A stretch of 64,000 nt of DNA, from contig NC_085846.1 in assembly GCF_035594765.1 (NCBI RefSeq), positions 13,503,190-13,567,189 of the forward strand, given 5' to 3'. Shown in pieces: positions 44,611-56,490 of this stretch (position 1 is its first letter; every line of letters begins with the position of its first letter). Under the pieces are notes generated by a model that was not told the DNA's origin, searched no databases, and saw only the letters and a list, made by a program, of their open reading frames with translations. The position numbers were made by a program, and so were the translations under genes. This stretch comes from Anolis carolinensis (taxonomy: Eukaryota).

Positions 44611-44969
44611 TTTATAGTCCCCTGGAATAATTATTATAGGCTTTGGCTACAAGTTGGATTGGAAAATGCATGGTGTGGATCATGGATGGGCAACTGAGAC
44701 CCTCCAGATTTTTAGGACAGCACTTCCCATAAATAACACATCATCTTTGTCTGTGTTAGGTAAATCAGATAAGACTGTAAGGGGAAAAGATGGGGGTGGG
44801 CAGAAGTTTTCCATCCCTGGTGCGGATGATGAATATTTTAACCTGGAATAGTCCCTTAGTGGGTAGAAAGAGGGGCACCAAGGGAGAACTGTGAAAAGAA
44901 TAAGGACGGAGTTGCCAGGGATAATGGCTGGAGGCAGAAGTTTCAAGGTGACTGGGGGATGCTGATGTG

Positions 44970-45520
44970 AGATGCAGGGTTGCTAGGTGAGTTGCTACGG
45001 GAGATGGTTGCTAAGGGGCAGGGATTACCTCCTGGGCTAGTGATGGCTGTGTTGATACAGCAGTAGAGCATCTTTGTGGCATGGAGGGGAAGGGGAGCCT
45101 TTCTGGAGGCAGCTGCCCAGCTGACAGCGTCCCTGCCCCCTTCTTGCTCTAGATGCCAATGGCTGGAGAAATCCTGCAACTCATGCACTCGGACTGAAAT
45201 GCATGACTAATAGAATGACGGGATCCTTAATGAGCCAATTGGCTTTTTCCTTCACCCACTGCTATAATGCACTCAGTGCTGGGTCTTGTTGCCCATGGTT
45301 GTGATGCAGCAACCATCTCGGGCACGCATGTGTGTGTTTGGTGGGCTTATTTACGCAGCGAAGCCACTCCTACTGCTGATAGGAAGAAGGAGGTAGACGT
45401 CAAGAGGGAGGGGTGAATCCAGTGGTGGATGGAAGTGTGTGCAGTGGGATGAGGGGGGAGGGATCGAGGGCACCCTAATCTTTTTTGGGTTGTCTCCGGC
45501 AGCGTACGTGCACAAAAAGG
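44970..45520 (+). promoter_or_regulatory. Likely ASPHD1 promoter region
   Basis: RFX half-sites, palindromic AGCCAATTGGCT (double CCAAT), CRE-like GACGTCA and retained CpGs upstream of the ATG. Confidence 0.5.
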
Positions 45521-46134
45521 AATTAGGCAAACAGCAATATAGCAGCTGGACAGGGACCAGGATCAGGTGGAAGAGGGATGCAGGATAGAAGACAAGGATC
45601 CTGAAGATGGATGGCTGGGAAAGCGGATAAACGGACAGGTTAGGTGGATCGTGGTGGGGTGGAGGACATGCGAGTCTGTTTGGGTGGAAATTCAAATTGT
45701 CATCCTTGCCAACCGGGGTCGAGGAAATATCAACAGAACAGAGCAATTAGGGACTGCAGATTATATAAATACATGCAGGGATGTTGAGAGATGAGTGAGG
45801 ATATTTGCAATGGCAGGTGAAGAGGGTTAAATTGGGTCAGGAAAGAGATTGAGCAAAACAGGAGACACAGCAATGAAGTTGAGTTAAATCCTTGATGGCT
45901 GTGCAAGGGGCAGAAGAGGCAGGAGGCATGGGTGAAAATGACTAAGTCAATGAGCCACCCACCAAAAACAAAGCAGTCTGGATATGTCAATGTCTCATCT
46001 GTGCAGTAGGTGGAAGAGAAATAAATACACAGCAAGGGGATAAAAGGGCATCAGAGGAGCAGGACGGGTTCAGGAGAATGGGAGAACTCTGGAGAACAGC
46101 AAATACTTCTAGGAAGCTCTGAGTCTGCCTGACA

Positions 46135-46891
46135 ATGCCCTGTATTATGTCTGACTGGGGTCTCCAGGGCCTTCTCTCGCCACTCCTCCCTGACACCTCG
46201 TCATGGCGCCCCCGGCCGGAGCCTGCCATCGCTTTGCTGGGCTCCTTGGCCCTGCTGTTTATCTGGTACTGCTACCGCGTGGGGAGTGGGCAAGCGACAC
46301 CCATATCCCACCAGCAAGGCGTGCCAACGGAGGAACGGTGCCCACGCCGTGCCCTCCGGGGCGATGCGGTCAACCAGCGCCTGTATCGCAGCCTGAGAGA
46401 CTATGCCAAGCGGTATTCGTGGTCAGGGATGAACCGGCTGCACAAAGGGATCCGGGACCAGGCCCATTACCAGTTGGGGGAGCGCCTGGCAATCCAGAAG
46501 CCCAGCACCTTCTACCTCCCCGACTTGCCCTCCGCCCCGTATTTCCCACGTGAATCCCAGCGCCACGACGTGGAGATTCTCGAACTCAGCTTCCCGGCCA
46601 TCTTACGGGAATTTGAGGGCATCGCTTGGGACTTTGCTTCTGGAGCGCAAGCACCACGGGGATGGACCACTAACGCCCACCCTGGCTGGCACAGCTATTA
46701 CCTCTATCGTCAAGGGGAGTGTATCGCACCGAACTGTCGCAGCTGCCCCTGGACATACCGGGCCCTCAGTGCGCTACGCACCTTCGTAAATGCCAACCGC
46801 TTTGGCAACGCTTGCTTCAGTGTCCTGCAGCCTGGAACTGTGCTACCTGGGACCTATGGGCCAACCAATACCAGGCTGCGGTGCCACTTAG
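46135..46891 (+). CDS. ASPHD1: ASPHD1 coding exon 1
   Basis: ORF 46135.. up to CHL(G)|GTGAG; start codon choice uncertain. Confidence 0.9.
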
Positions 46892-49341
46892 GTGAGCAAA
46901 TGCTGGAGGAGCAGGGTGGTGGGGAAAATGGTAGCCTTGGCTTGGCAGGGTCCTGCGTGAGGCTCGCAATGCCAGTCTTCCCTCAGCCCTGTTATCCAGC
47001 TGTTGAACTTCTCTGGCTCCTCATCCAGAAATGGAGTTGTGTTGCTTATACGGAGTAAAATTAAGTATACTCCTGGCATAATTGAAAATTGCAAAGTGGA
47101 GATCAGGCATGGGCAGCTAGGGGCAACATTACACTCAGGAGAACCTGGGAAATGCAACCTCTCCTTCAACACTGCATTTTTTTAAAAAAAAAAATGACCC
47201 CAAATGTCCTTCAATGCAATCTAGGGAGGAGGAATTTTTGCCATGCTTTAAAACCCTCGAGAAACCTCATTCAAAACAGGAAGTGACTAGAAGTTATTTC
47301 TGGCTTATATCCAGTTTCAGAAAAGGACTCTGAGCCAAAAAGTCTCAGCAGGACAAATGTGGTGAAAATGCTTTCTAGAAGGCATTTACCCCCAAAAATA
47401 AAAATGGTACTTTGCAGTAAAAAACTTGGTAACACTTGGTCCACCTCCAATGTAGATAATTAATCAGCAATTAAAGAAATAATTATGCTAACATTATAAA
47501 GCATATAACATTTATGGATAATGGAATGCTATACTGTAAATCTGTGTCCATCCCACAACCCAAAAGGATGGTTAAAATATCGTATAAGTAACGCATCAGC
47601 TATGACAAATGTTGAGACAACGGATAAGATCAACTATGAAATATGTTGTTATGGTTGTATTTAGATAGGTTTTGCCTAAGATTACCTGATTCTTTGATTG
47701 ACCTAAAGGGTGCTTTAGATGAAGTAACCAACAAACTGTAAATATATGTTAATTTTTATAAATAAAAGTACTGCATTGACCAAAAACTATAGATAGCATG
47801 TGGTGTTTAGAAGAGGCATTCTCTTGGTTCTGAAAATGGGGAATGACGCTTTTAACAGGATGACACATATACTGCCTGAAAAACAAACAGTGCTTTCATG
47901 TTGGGACTGTTCATTTTTGTTACCATGGGCAGCAATCCTAATACCTTTATAGCAAAGGGCTTCCTTTGCCTACTGGGGGCTGGCCATTACAACTGGTCTT
48001 AGAGTAATTTCTTATTGTAAAGTACAGACAATATACCACGGATTAGTAATGGCAGGTTGGTTGGTTGGAGTTGAGCTCTTTATACCAGCATTTTATCTCA
48101 GGTTTGGGATGGTAAGGTCCTGGTGGGAAACCTTTGGTCCACCAGATTTTTGGACCATCTCTCAGACCCTACTCTTCCACAAGGTCAATAGTAAGGCATT
48201 ATGGAAGTTCTACATTTCTGAAGGTCCAGTGTTTTCCTGCCTCTGCTGATAAGAATGTACCAGAAGCCTCTCTCTCATGGCCTCTTCTTTGTTCCACTTC
48301 TAGGGCTGAAGGTCCCTCCAGGTTGTGAGCTGGTGGTGGGCGGTGAGCCACAGTGCTGGTCCGAAGGATACTGCCTTCTAGTGGATGACTCCTTCTTGCA
48401 TACAACAGCCCACAATGGTAAGAAAGACCAATGACAGTGCTATACAGCAGTTTCTAAACTGTGCTCCTCCAGATGTTTTGGACTTCAGCTCCCACAATTC
48501 CTAACAGATGGTAAGGTGGCTGGTATTTCTGGGAGCTGAAGTCCAAAACCCTTCCTCTAGGTGTTTGAGAAACACTGCTATAGAGCATTCCACCAGGATT
48601 TAAAAAAGCTTGGTTCAAAAATACTTATGAAAATATATTGTTGGTGGTAACAAGTTATATCCGTTTTCTACACTATAAAATGATAGTATATATCCTAATG
48701 CAGCCTTCTGTAGAGGGTGGTTGCTGTACTTCTACTCTGCTCACCCCTGGCTTCTCCTTAAAGAGGTACAGCCTCTCTAAATTTAAGAATGAGAATGGTC
48801 CATATATACTGCCAATGTGACTTCATCATTCACTTTGACATATGGCTATCTGGTGGCATAGTGCGTTAAAGCGCTGAGCTGCTGAACTTACGGACCAAAA
48901 GGTTCCAGGTTCAAATCCCGAGAGCGGAATGAGCGCCCGCTGTTAGCCCCAGCTCCTGCCAACCTAGCAGTTCGAAAACATGCAAATGTGAGTAGATCAA
49001 TAGATACTGCTCCGGCGGGAAGGTAACAGCACTCCATGCAGTTATGCCGGCCACATGACCTTGGAGGTGTCTATGGACAACGCCAGCTCTTCAGCTTAGA
49101 AATGGAGACGGGCATCTATGGTTTGGTACAGACACAGCTGTTCCACCTACTTAGGAGCTACAAAATAAAGTATCTTGCACAACTTGATAGCTACATCAAC
49201 AAAATAGTCATTGTGATAATGTTTGTTGCAGGTTCCCCCACTGATGGTTCACGGGTGATTTTCATCGTTGATCTTTGGCACCCTAATGTGGCAGGGCCCG
49301 AGCGACAGGCACTAGACTATATCTTTGCCCCTGGCCGATAG
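46135..49341 (+). CDS. ASPHD1: Aspartate beta-hydroxylase domain-containing protein 1, gene span (3 coding exons)
   Basis: TM segment ...LFIWYCYR, then [40 protein letters not shown] and [17 protein letters not shown]; 757+114+110 = 981 nt. Confidence 0.95.
48304..48417 (+). CDS. ASPHD1: ASPHD1 exon 2
   Basis: [38 protein letters not shown]; TAG acceptor, GTAAG donor. Confidence 0.95.
48845..49108 (+). mobile_element. Sauria-type SINE, 3'-truncated
   Basis: Homology to the 5421 copy. Confidence 0.82.
49232..49341 (+). CDS. ASPHD1: ASPHD1 exon 3
   Basis: [36 protein letters not shown]. Confidence 0.95.
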
Positions 49342-51961
49342 ATGCCCACCTTGATCAGGTACTGTAGCCAAGAAAACACAAAATCAAACCACCACCGTAT
49401 GACTACGAATATATGCTGCTCCTCACAATCATCCAAAGCTTCCCATGCTGTTGCTGTGATATTGATAGCCCTATTTCCACCATCATGTAAACTGAGTTGG
49501 AGAGTCTTTCCACAGCCCTGCAAACGAAGACTACTGTATCTTGTTCAAGAACCTGCACAGAAAGGTAACATGGAAGAAGACCTGGAGTGTGTGTCTCTTC
49601 CCTCAAAGTGACTCTGTAATCAAAATCTTAGTGACAGAAAATACGGCTTCTCATCCTCCATTGTTTAATGGACAGTCATCTAGACAGTACCTTGTGACTT
49701 GTTTTGTTTTCTGATGGGCTAATCTTCTGGGGGTTGTTCTAGTGCACGTTCTCCTGGCCGTACTGCTGGGCTACATGCAAAGACCAACAAGCCAGATTTT
49801 AATATAGTGTTCTCAAAGTCAGCCTTCTTTCAAAAGTGCTGGATTACAAAAGCCATCATCCACAACAGCACAGGGAAACTGGATTTGGGTTATCAGGTTG
49901 TAATCCAAGAGAGCATGACGCAGTGGTTGGAATGTTGGACTATGACTTCGAAGGACAAGGGTTTGAATTCCCACTTGACCAGGGAAACCCAGCAAGTGGT
50001 CCTGAGCAGGTCTTACAGTCTCTTAGCCCACAGGAAGGCAATTAAAACCTCTGAACAAATCTTGTTAAGAAACCCATGAGTGGTTCACTTTACATTCGCC
50101 TCAAGTCAATATGACTTGAAGGCACATAACAATATGTCCCAGAGAAAGGAAGGCACTAGAATAAGAAATTGTGGAGTTCTTTGGGTTTAATGTTTTTGAA
50201 AGGAATGAGCGTGTGGGAAACAGAAACCAGCAAAATACTCTTATCTCCACCTGTCTGTGATCATTTAATTCCCACACTACATCTATATTGCAACATATTG
50301 GGCGATGGGAGTTAATCCTAAAAGGATCCCTGCCGTACTCCAAAAAGGTTGTACTCCAATAAAAATGTTAGAGCTCTCTGCTGCTGCTTCTTAATTCTTC
50401 TCTGTTGGAACTAGATACAGTCCCCAAGACTGTTTAAATGACTCATAGTTAAAACGGGAATTAGACAACGTGAAGTTAGAGAAATCTACCTGTCAGGAAG
50501 GAAATTTACTCCTGTAAGAGTTATCATGGGGAAAAGGTGTCTCCACTGAAGCTTTCTTGCCAATCCTTGTTTCCAAAACAAGCCATTTAAAAAAAACAAT
50601 CACAGGAACAGAAAGTAAGATGAAATCTTCTGAACAGGGTACAGGCAGCAAAACAAATGTCACAGGAGTGTTACCCCTTACCTATACTATCTGAAACACA
50701 TACACACACATACATATGACTGGAGTTACTTTAAAATTTACCTGTTCTGACTTACATACAGAGTCAACTTAAGAGCAAACCTACAGAACTTATTTTGTCT
50801 GTAACTTTGGGACTGACTGTAGTGTTGAAAATCCCTTTGGTCATACAAGAAATAGAATACGCTCTAAAAAAAGGGTTCAATTTTTCCCATTTTTGAAAAA
50901 TGCATCAAACTAAAATGTCACATTTCAGAAAGTCTGATGAAAACCCCATCTGAGGGAAGTCCACAAACTGCATTTGGGGACCAATAACTTCAGGGAATAT
51001 GTCACTGCAGATCTCCATGTGGGTTATTAAAATAATTTGTATGATCTTGCAAGAATTGGAGGAGAGAAAGCTAGAGCAATTACCATCACAAGCCTATGCC
51101 ACCACCCAAATGCTGCTATATAAAAGCAGACAAGGACTTTACATCCATATGTTCTGCCTGCATCCTTTAACTTTTATCCAAATGTTTCCCAGCATCCGAT
51201 ATCTTACTGGCCAACTGCAAATGTGCCATGACAGCCAAAAACACACACAGTCAGTAGAGCACAACTTACAAACACTTCTTAAATTCTTGCAATTGCCTCT
51301 AGTGCTGTATTTAATATAGAGGGAGTACCTTTCCAACCTTCAAAGGATCATTGACAAAAATCATTCCAAAATGTATTAAATATTATAAACAAAAAAGGTA
51401 CCTAAGGAAATGACACAGATTTTAAAAACACAAATTTTCCAACTCCCATCTGTCAACAATCTGGCATACTAAGCTTATTTCTTGCTCCTCCTGTGCACGA
51501 ATGAGCTTTGTTTCTGCCCACCAGGAACACCAAAAAGAGGCTGGTTTGCTTCCAAGCACACACAGTTCCTAAGGGCAGAAGTATCACTGTGTGCTCTTCC
51601 CCACCTGGCACAGGAGATGGAAGGAACAGTTTGCAATTAAAACACACATATATGTACATGCATGCCCACAAATTTTGACTGATAGCTCACCAAGATTTTA
51701 GAGTGTGAATATGCTGTCTGTCTTCTTCAAAGGGATGACTATATACTTCCTTTCATCACACGATAGGGCTGAATCGCTGTTCCCTTTTGAAGCTCAAGGA
51801 ATGGGGTGGGCAGGTGATCACCTTAACATCTGTCAAAGTGCTTCTCAGCATTTCCAAAGTACAGAATTACAGTTTGACATCTCCCAAAATCCCCTATTGT
51901 GTGCCCTGTAACTTCTAGGTTTCCTCTACACATTACTAGAAGGAAAATGAACTCACAGAGT

Positions 51962-51967
51962 TTTATT
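51962..51967 (-). terminator. Candidate PAGR1 polyadenylation signal
   Basis: AATAAA on the minus strand about 170 nt after the stop codon. Confidence 0.55.
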
Positions 51968-52136
51968 ACAACCAAATAATCAAATACAAGCACCTCCTGC
52001 ATTTACTACAGGATCTGAGTCAAAGTCCAAGGGCCTGCCCGGTCAAATGGGTCCATGCACTTACTGTCTTCCACTTATATCTGACTCAAAGGCTCCACCT
52101 TTGTCCCAAATCAAAAGGCCTATCTTCCTCACAGGG

Positions 52137-52321
52137 TCAGTATTTGCGTTGACGCAGGAAAAGACCAGGAGGCCGTTTCGGAGTGGGCATATCGTCTGAG
52201 TCCAGGTCAAAGAGGTCCCGTCCAGTCTTCATAATCTGTTCCTCTAAGACTTTGTGACGTTTCATGTCCGAAAGCACTTTGTCCATGCGGGCCTCCCTCT
52301 TCTGGCTCTTAGCCAAGGACC
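52137..52321 (-). CDS. PAGR1: PAGR1 last coding exon
   Basis: [24 protein letters not shown]...LFLRQRKY*. Confidence 0.95.
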
Positions 52322-53566
52322 CTAAACATGAAACACAAATTAGAATTTTCAGAGTTAATGGAGCACAGCTATCAAGAATTAGGTATTGCCAGACAGGACA
52401 TATTTTTCACTGACTGTAGCCCAACCTATATTTCACAGATCAATCCATGCTACAGAGAAAGCCTTCAATTAGGGTTCTTGTGCCCTTGAATTGCAATGGA
52501 CGACAGGACTTTGTGACACGTAAACTAGTGCAGGATGCATCAGAACAAGATTTTGAGCCTTATGATGGAATTAAGGCCTAATAGAACTGGGGAAGAACAA
52601 GCATCTCTGCAAAATAGTTTGGAAAAGGTCATGAGTTGTGCACATATATAGATATATGAATTTAATTCAAGTAAGGAAAAACACACTAGGAACACTCATT
52701 AGCCAACCCAAGAGAAATGCTATGTTTGTGTTTCTATAGGAACTCCGGCAGCCCTGAGCCAAAACTGGGCAGTCTGAAAACTTAGCTTTAAAGAGAAATA
52801 TAGCTAGGACAAATATAACAGAAATCTGGTACAATGGAAAGAACCAAAGGGATAGCGTCATCTATGGGGATCAACTCTTTAGGAAGGATAGGAAAGTTGT
52901 TGGAAACAGAATTGCAGTAGATGGAAATACAAGCGTCCAAAGTAAGCTAGGATTAGGGGGGAAATATTCCTGGGCTACATACCAGGGGTTCTTCGGCGAT
53001 CAATCAAGGAGCTCTTGGGTGAGGAAGGCTCATCATCAAAATCAAACTCTGTTGGCACGTGAGGCCTAGGGAAAACAAGAATCAACTTAAGACAATGCTC
53101 TTCTTATATCAAGTCCGCTTTACCCCCCTTTTGAGTTGAAATCCAGACCGACAACACGCTCTTACTTCTCTTCCTCTTCTTCTTCTTGGTCTTCAGTCTG
53201 CCCTTCGGATTTATCCTCATCCTCGCTGTCAGGTTCTGGAGTCGGGTTGCGTCTTGGCAGGATTTCTGCCTGGAGCTCTAGGGTCCCCTGCTCAGCGATG
53301 AGTTCATAGAGGTGCCGGATCTCTGACGGGGGAGGCATCCAGTTGTCGGGGGAGTCCAGTTCCTCATCACTGCAAGGGATGCACCAATCCTCCTCTGCAG
53401 AGTCATCGTCTGCCTTCCCCGACTGCTCCCCCTCCTCTGCTTCCCCAGGTGCCTCATCTTGTTCCTCAGTGGAAGCTTCCAGTTCTGGCGTTGGCCCATC
53501 TTCTACAGCTAAGGACTGCATACCTGAGGTCACTTCCCCTTCTTCTACAGCACTGGGCTCTTCCAT
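52137..53566 (-). CDS. PAGR1: PAXIP1-associated glutamate-rich protein 1 (PA1), gene span (3 coding exons)
   Basis: [63 protein letters not shown]-terminal RQRKY*; 401+83+185 = 669 nt. Confidence 0.96.
52983..53065 (-). CDS. PAGR1: PAGR1 second coding exon
   Basis: [27 protein letters not shown]. Confidence 0.95.
53166..53566 (-). CDS. PAGR1: PAGR1 first coding exon
   Basis: An acceptor TTGCAG|CCATGG lies 2 nt before the ATG, implying an upstream non-coding exon; donor AA|GTAAG. Confidence 0.92.
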
Positions 53567-54275
53567 GGCTGCAAAAGAGGGAGGCAGAGAGAGAGAGATT
53601 GACTGTGGCCCCATCTACACGGATCATTTCATGCAATTCGAAGCTAGATTCAAACTGCAGCAGCCAGACAACAATGTTTGTTGTTGATGGTGATGGTATT
53701 GAAATCAGGGTGCATCCTCCAATTGATAGCCTTACAATTGAAGAAATACAGTAATTTACAGTTGGCTCTCTGCATCCAGTATGCCACTGTATATAATGAG
53801 ACTTGACCATGCACTGACATAGATATCGTTATTAAAAATTCATATTCAGAAGAAAATTGCCACAATTTTTCATTCAAGTCTATTTCACAGGAGCAGGCAG
53901 AAAGAGAGAATATACTCTACTCCCTGCTTTCTAGGAAAACAAAAGGATACAGAAGCCACGACTACAGTCAGCCCTATTCATTCGGTGGACCCCTTTTGAC
54001 CTGATAACTTTTTATATTATCCTGGGTGCATAAGTATATAAAATAGGTGTAAAAAAAATCAAACATTTTCTGGTAACAAATCAGCATTTGCAAGGCTGAT
54101 CTTTCTTTTTATGAAGTACAGTTGAAGCGTTTTCTGCAGAGTCCACATTGCACAAGAGATTCATGTAAATGCCCAAACCAGCCACTAGGTGATGTTCAGA
54201 AAACCTGTTTGGGACTCCAACATAGCTTCTTAAAATGTGGGTCCCAACCTCAAAAGGGTTCCCCTTGGCTCAACG

Positions 54276-54765
54276 TTGACAGAAAAAGTAGTTCAATATG
54301 CAGTAATGCTATGTACAGTAGAGTCTCAATTATCCAAGCCTCGCTTATCCAAGCTTCTGGATTATCCAAGCCATTTTTGTAGTCAATGTTTTCAATATAT
54401 CATGATATTTTGGTGCTAAATTTGTAAATACAGTAATTACAACATAACATGACTGCGTATTGAACTACTTTTTCTGTCAAATTTGTTGTATAACATGATG
54501 TTTTGGTGCTTAATTTGTAAAATAATTACCTAATTTGATGTTTAATAGGCTTTTCCTTAATCCCTCCTTATTATCCAAGATATTCGCTTATCCAAGCTTC
54601 TGCTAGCCCGTTTAGCTTGGATAAGTGAGACTCTACTGTAGTAATTACTGTATTTATGAATTTAGCACCAAAATATCATGATGTATTGAAAACATTGACC
54701 ACAAAAATGTGTTGGATAATCCAGAACGTTGGATAAGCGAGGCTTGGATAAGTGAGACTCTACTG
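54276..54765. mobile_element. Tc1/mariner MITE (54316-54638) inserted in opposite orientation into a copy of its own family
   Basis: Outer copy reads ...GCTATGTA[insert]GTAATTACTG...; TA duplicated. Confidence 0.85.
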
Positions 54766-55137
54766 TATATCCAAAAGAGGGAATGGCCAAAGCCACCTCT
54801 GAGTATCCCTTACCTGAAGGATGTTACAGGCTGGATCTACATTGCCTTATAATCCAGTTTCTTAATCTTGATTTGACCTGGATCATAAGAGTCTACACTG
54901 CCACTTAATCTAGCTCGAAGCAGATGATCTGGATTCTGAAACTGGATTATATGGCAGTGTAACGAGGTCACAGGGTTGCCATAAATTGATTGGCAACTTG
55001 AAAGCTTTACTTTTTTAGATTTTTAAAAATATTTTGAAGATGTGGGTTTTTAAATCTGTGGATTTAAATGGGTTTGGCAGTACCAGAACAATCTTAAGAG
55101 ATACTCATGGCTTCCCTTTTAAAAACACATTTTTGAC

Positions 55138-55738
55138 TGTGTTGTCAAAGGCTGTCATAGCCGGAATCCCTGGGTTGCTGTGGGTTTTCCAAACTGTAGC
55201 ATCCTTTCCTGACATTTCACCTACATCTATGGCAGGCATCCTCGGAGGTTGTGAGCTTTGTTGAAAACTAGACAAGTGGGGTTTATATACCCGTGGAATG
55301 ATGTCCAGGAGAAAGAACTCTTGCCTGTTTGAGGCAAGTGTGAATGTTGTAACTGGCCACCTTGATTAGCATTGCCTTGCAACTTCAAATAAAGAACAAC
55401 ACTAAAAAAAAAACAGGGGTATTCCAGACAAGAAACAATCAGGGCCAGCTAACATCTCCCAACAAAGGATGCCCCCAGGCAGGAAGCAGCCAAGCTTTAA
55501 AACTGCAAAGATATTCAATGCTAATCAATGTAATAAACTGCAACATTCACACTTGCCTCAAACAGACAAGAGTTTTTTCTCCCACCCTGGATCTTTCACA
55601 GATATATAAACCCCACTTACCTTAGTTTCCAACAGACTTCACAACCTCTGAGGATGCCTGCCATAGATGCAGGCGAAACGTCAGAAGAGAATGCTTTTGA
55701 AACATGGCCATATAACCCGGAAAACTCACAGCAACCCA
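55138..55738. mobile_element. Penelope-like element, inverted pLTR pair
   Basis: Minus copy about 55138-55380, plus copy about 55385-55738. Confidence 0.8.
55645..55685 (+). ncRNA. Minimal type I hammerhead ribozyme motif (best-preserved copy)
   Basis: CCT-CTGAGGA-T-GCCTGC[CATAGAT]GCAGGC-GAAA-CG-TC^AG: conserved core, perfect 6-bp helix II, ACGT palindromic helix III. Confidence 0.7.
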
Positions 55739-56059
55739 CACTTTTGACTCTTCATCCTAGCACTGTATGTAACTCCAAAGCTGAGTGGTGAGCACAATCC
55801 AAACAATGGAAATACACTGGTTTCAATGGAAGCGTTCAGGACATCTCTAATCCAAGTCATACTTACCTGGGAGTAAGTCACTTCCCTGTGTAGTAGAAGT
55901 TACTTTCTTGCCTGAAACCAACCCCTGGGAAGGCTTAATTGCTTAACGCGGCTGCATCATTTCCTGTCCTTCTGTAGAAGCACTCTGCACATGGTCAGAG
56001 TCAGTCTACATCACAGATCTCCTGCCTTCCCCCGCCTCCAAAACAACCACCCAGGCCAC

Positions 56060-56490
56060 AAAAGCCGAGCCGCGTACAATCGATGGCTCCTTCTCGATAA
56101 AGAACTCAGAACTCTCGCTCGCGATGGCGCATGCGCTAAATTTGAACCACGCACGACTCGTTATTGCCTTTCTTTTGCGCATGCGTCATCCGTCTTGTGA
56201 TGCCCCCCGCCCCTCGCGAATATTTCCCATTCAGTTCTCGAATCCCTCTGAAAGCCCTTCGGTGGTAGTGCTCTCTCTTCACACTGCGCAGGCGCGTTGG
56301 CTAACGGCTGTTTCCCAGTGCCTTCCTCCCATTGGCCGGTTTTTTCTTTAGGGCGGGACTAGCGCGAAATTCAAACGTCGAGGTTGGGATTTCCTGGATC
56401 CATCTTTGTGTGAGAGAGCTGAGCGAAGGAAAACAGTGCCGTCGATTCATTGTGAGAGGATCTTCCTACAGCATTTTAACACAGAGGTAA
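56060..56490. promoter_or_regulatory. CpG-rich bidirectional promoter for PAGR1 (-) and KIF22 (+), including the likely non-coding KIF22 exon 1 (donor at 56487)
   Basis: NRF1 motifs at 56127, 56176 and 56285; CTCGCGA twice; ATTGG at 56331; GGCGGGA at 56352; GCGCGAAA-TTCAAA at 56362-56375; GCGC-N4-TTTGAA at 56133-56146. Confidence 0.85.

Noticed and set aside
46892-47058. C-terminal part of the 307-aa ORF as ASPHD1 coding sequence
   Set aside because: Read-through into intron 1; homology resumes at exon 2 (48304).
55859-55870. ATACTTACCTGG, identical to the 5' end of U1 snRNA
   Set aside because: The match stops after 12 nt. It is simply a consensus donor (CCAG|GTAAGTAT) on the minus strand, possibly the PAGR1 non-coding exon 1 donor or part of a squamate repeat.
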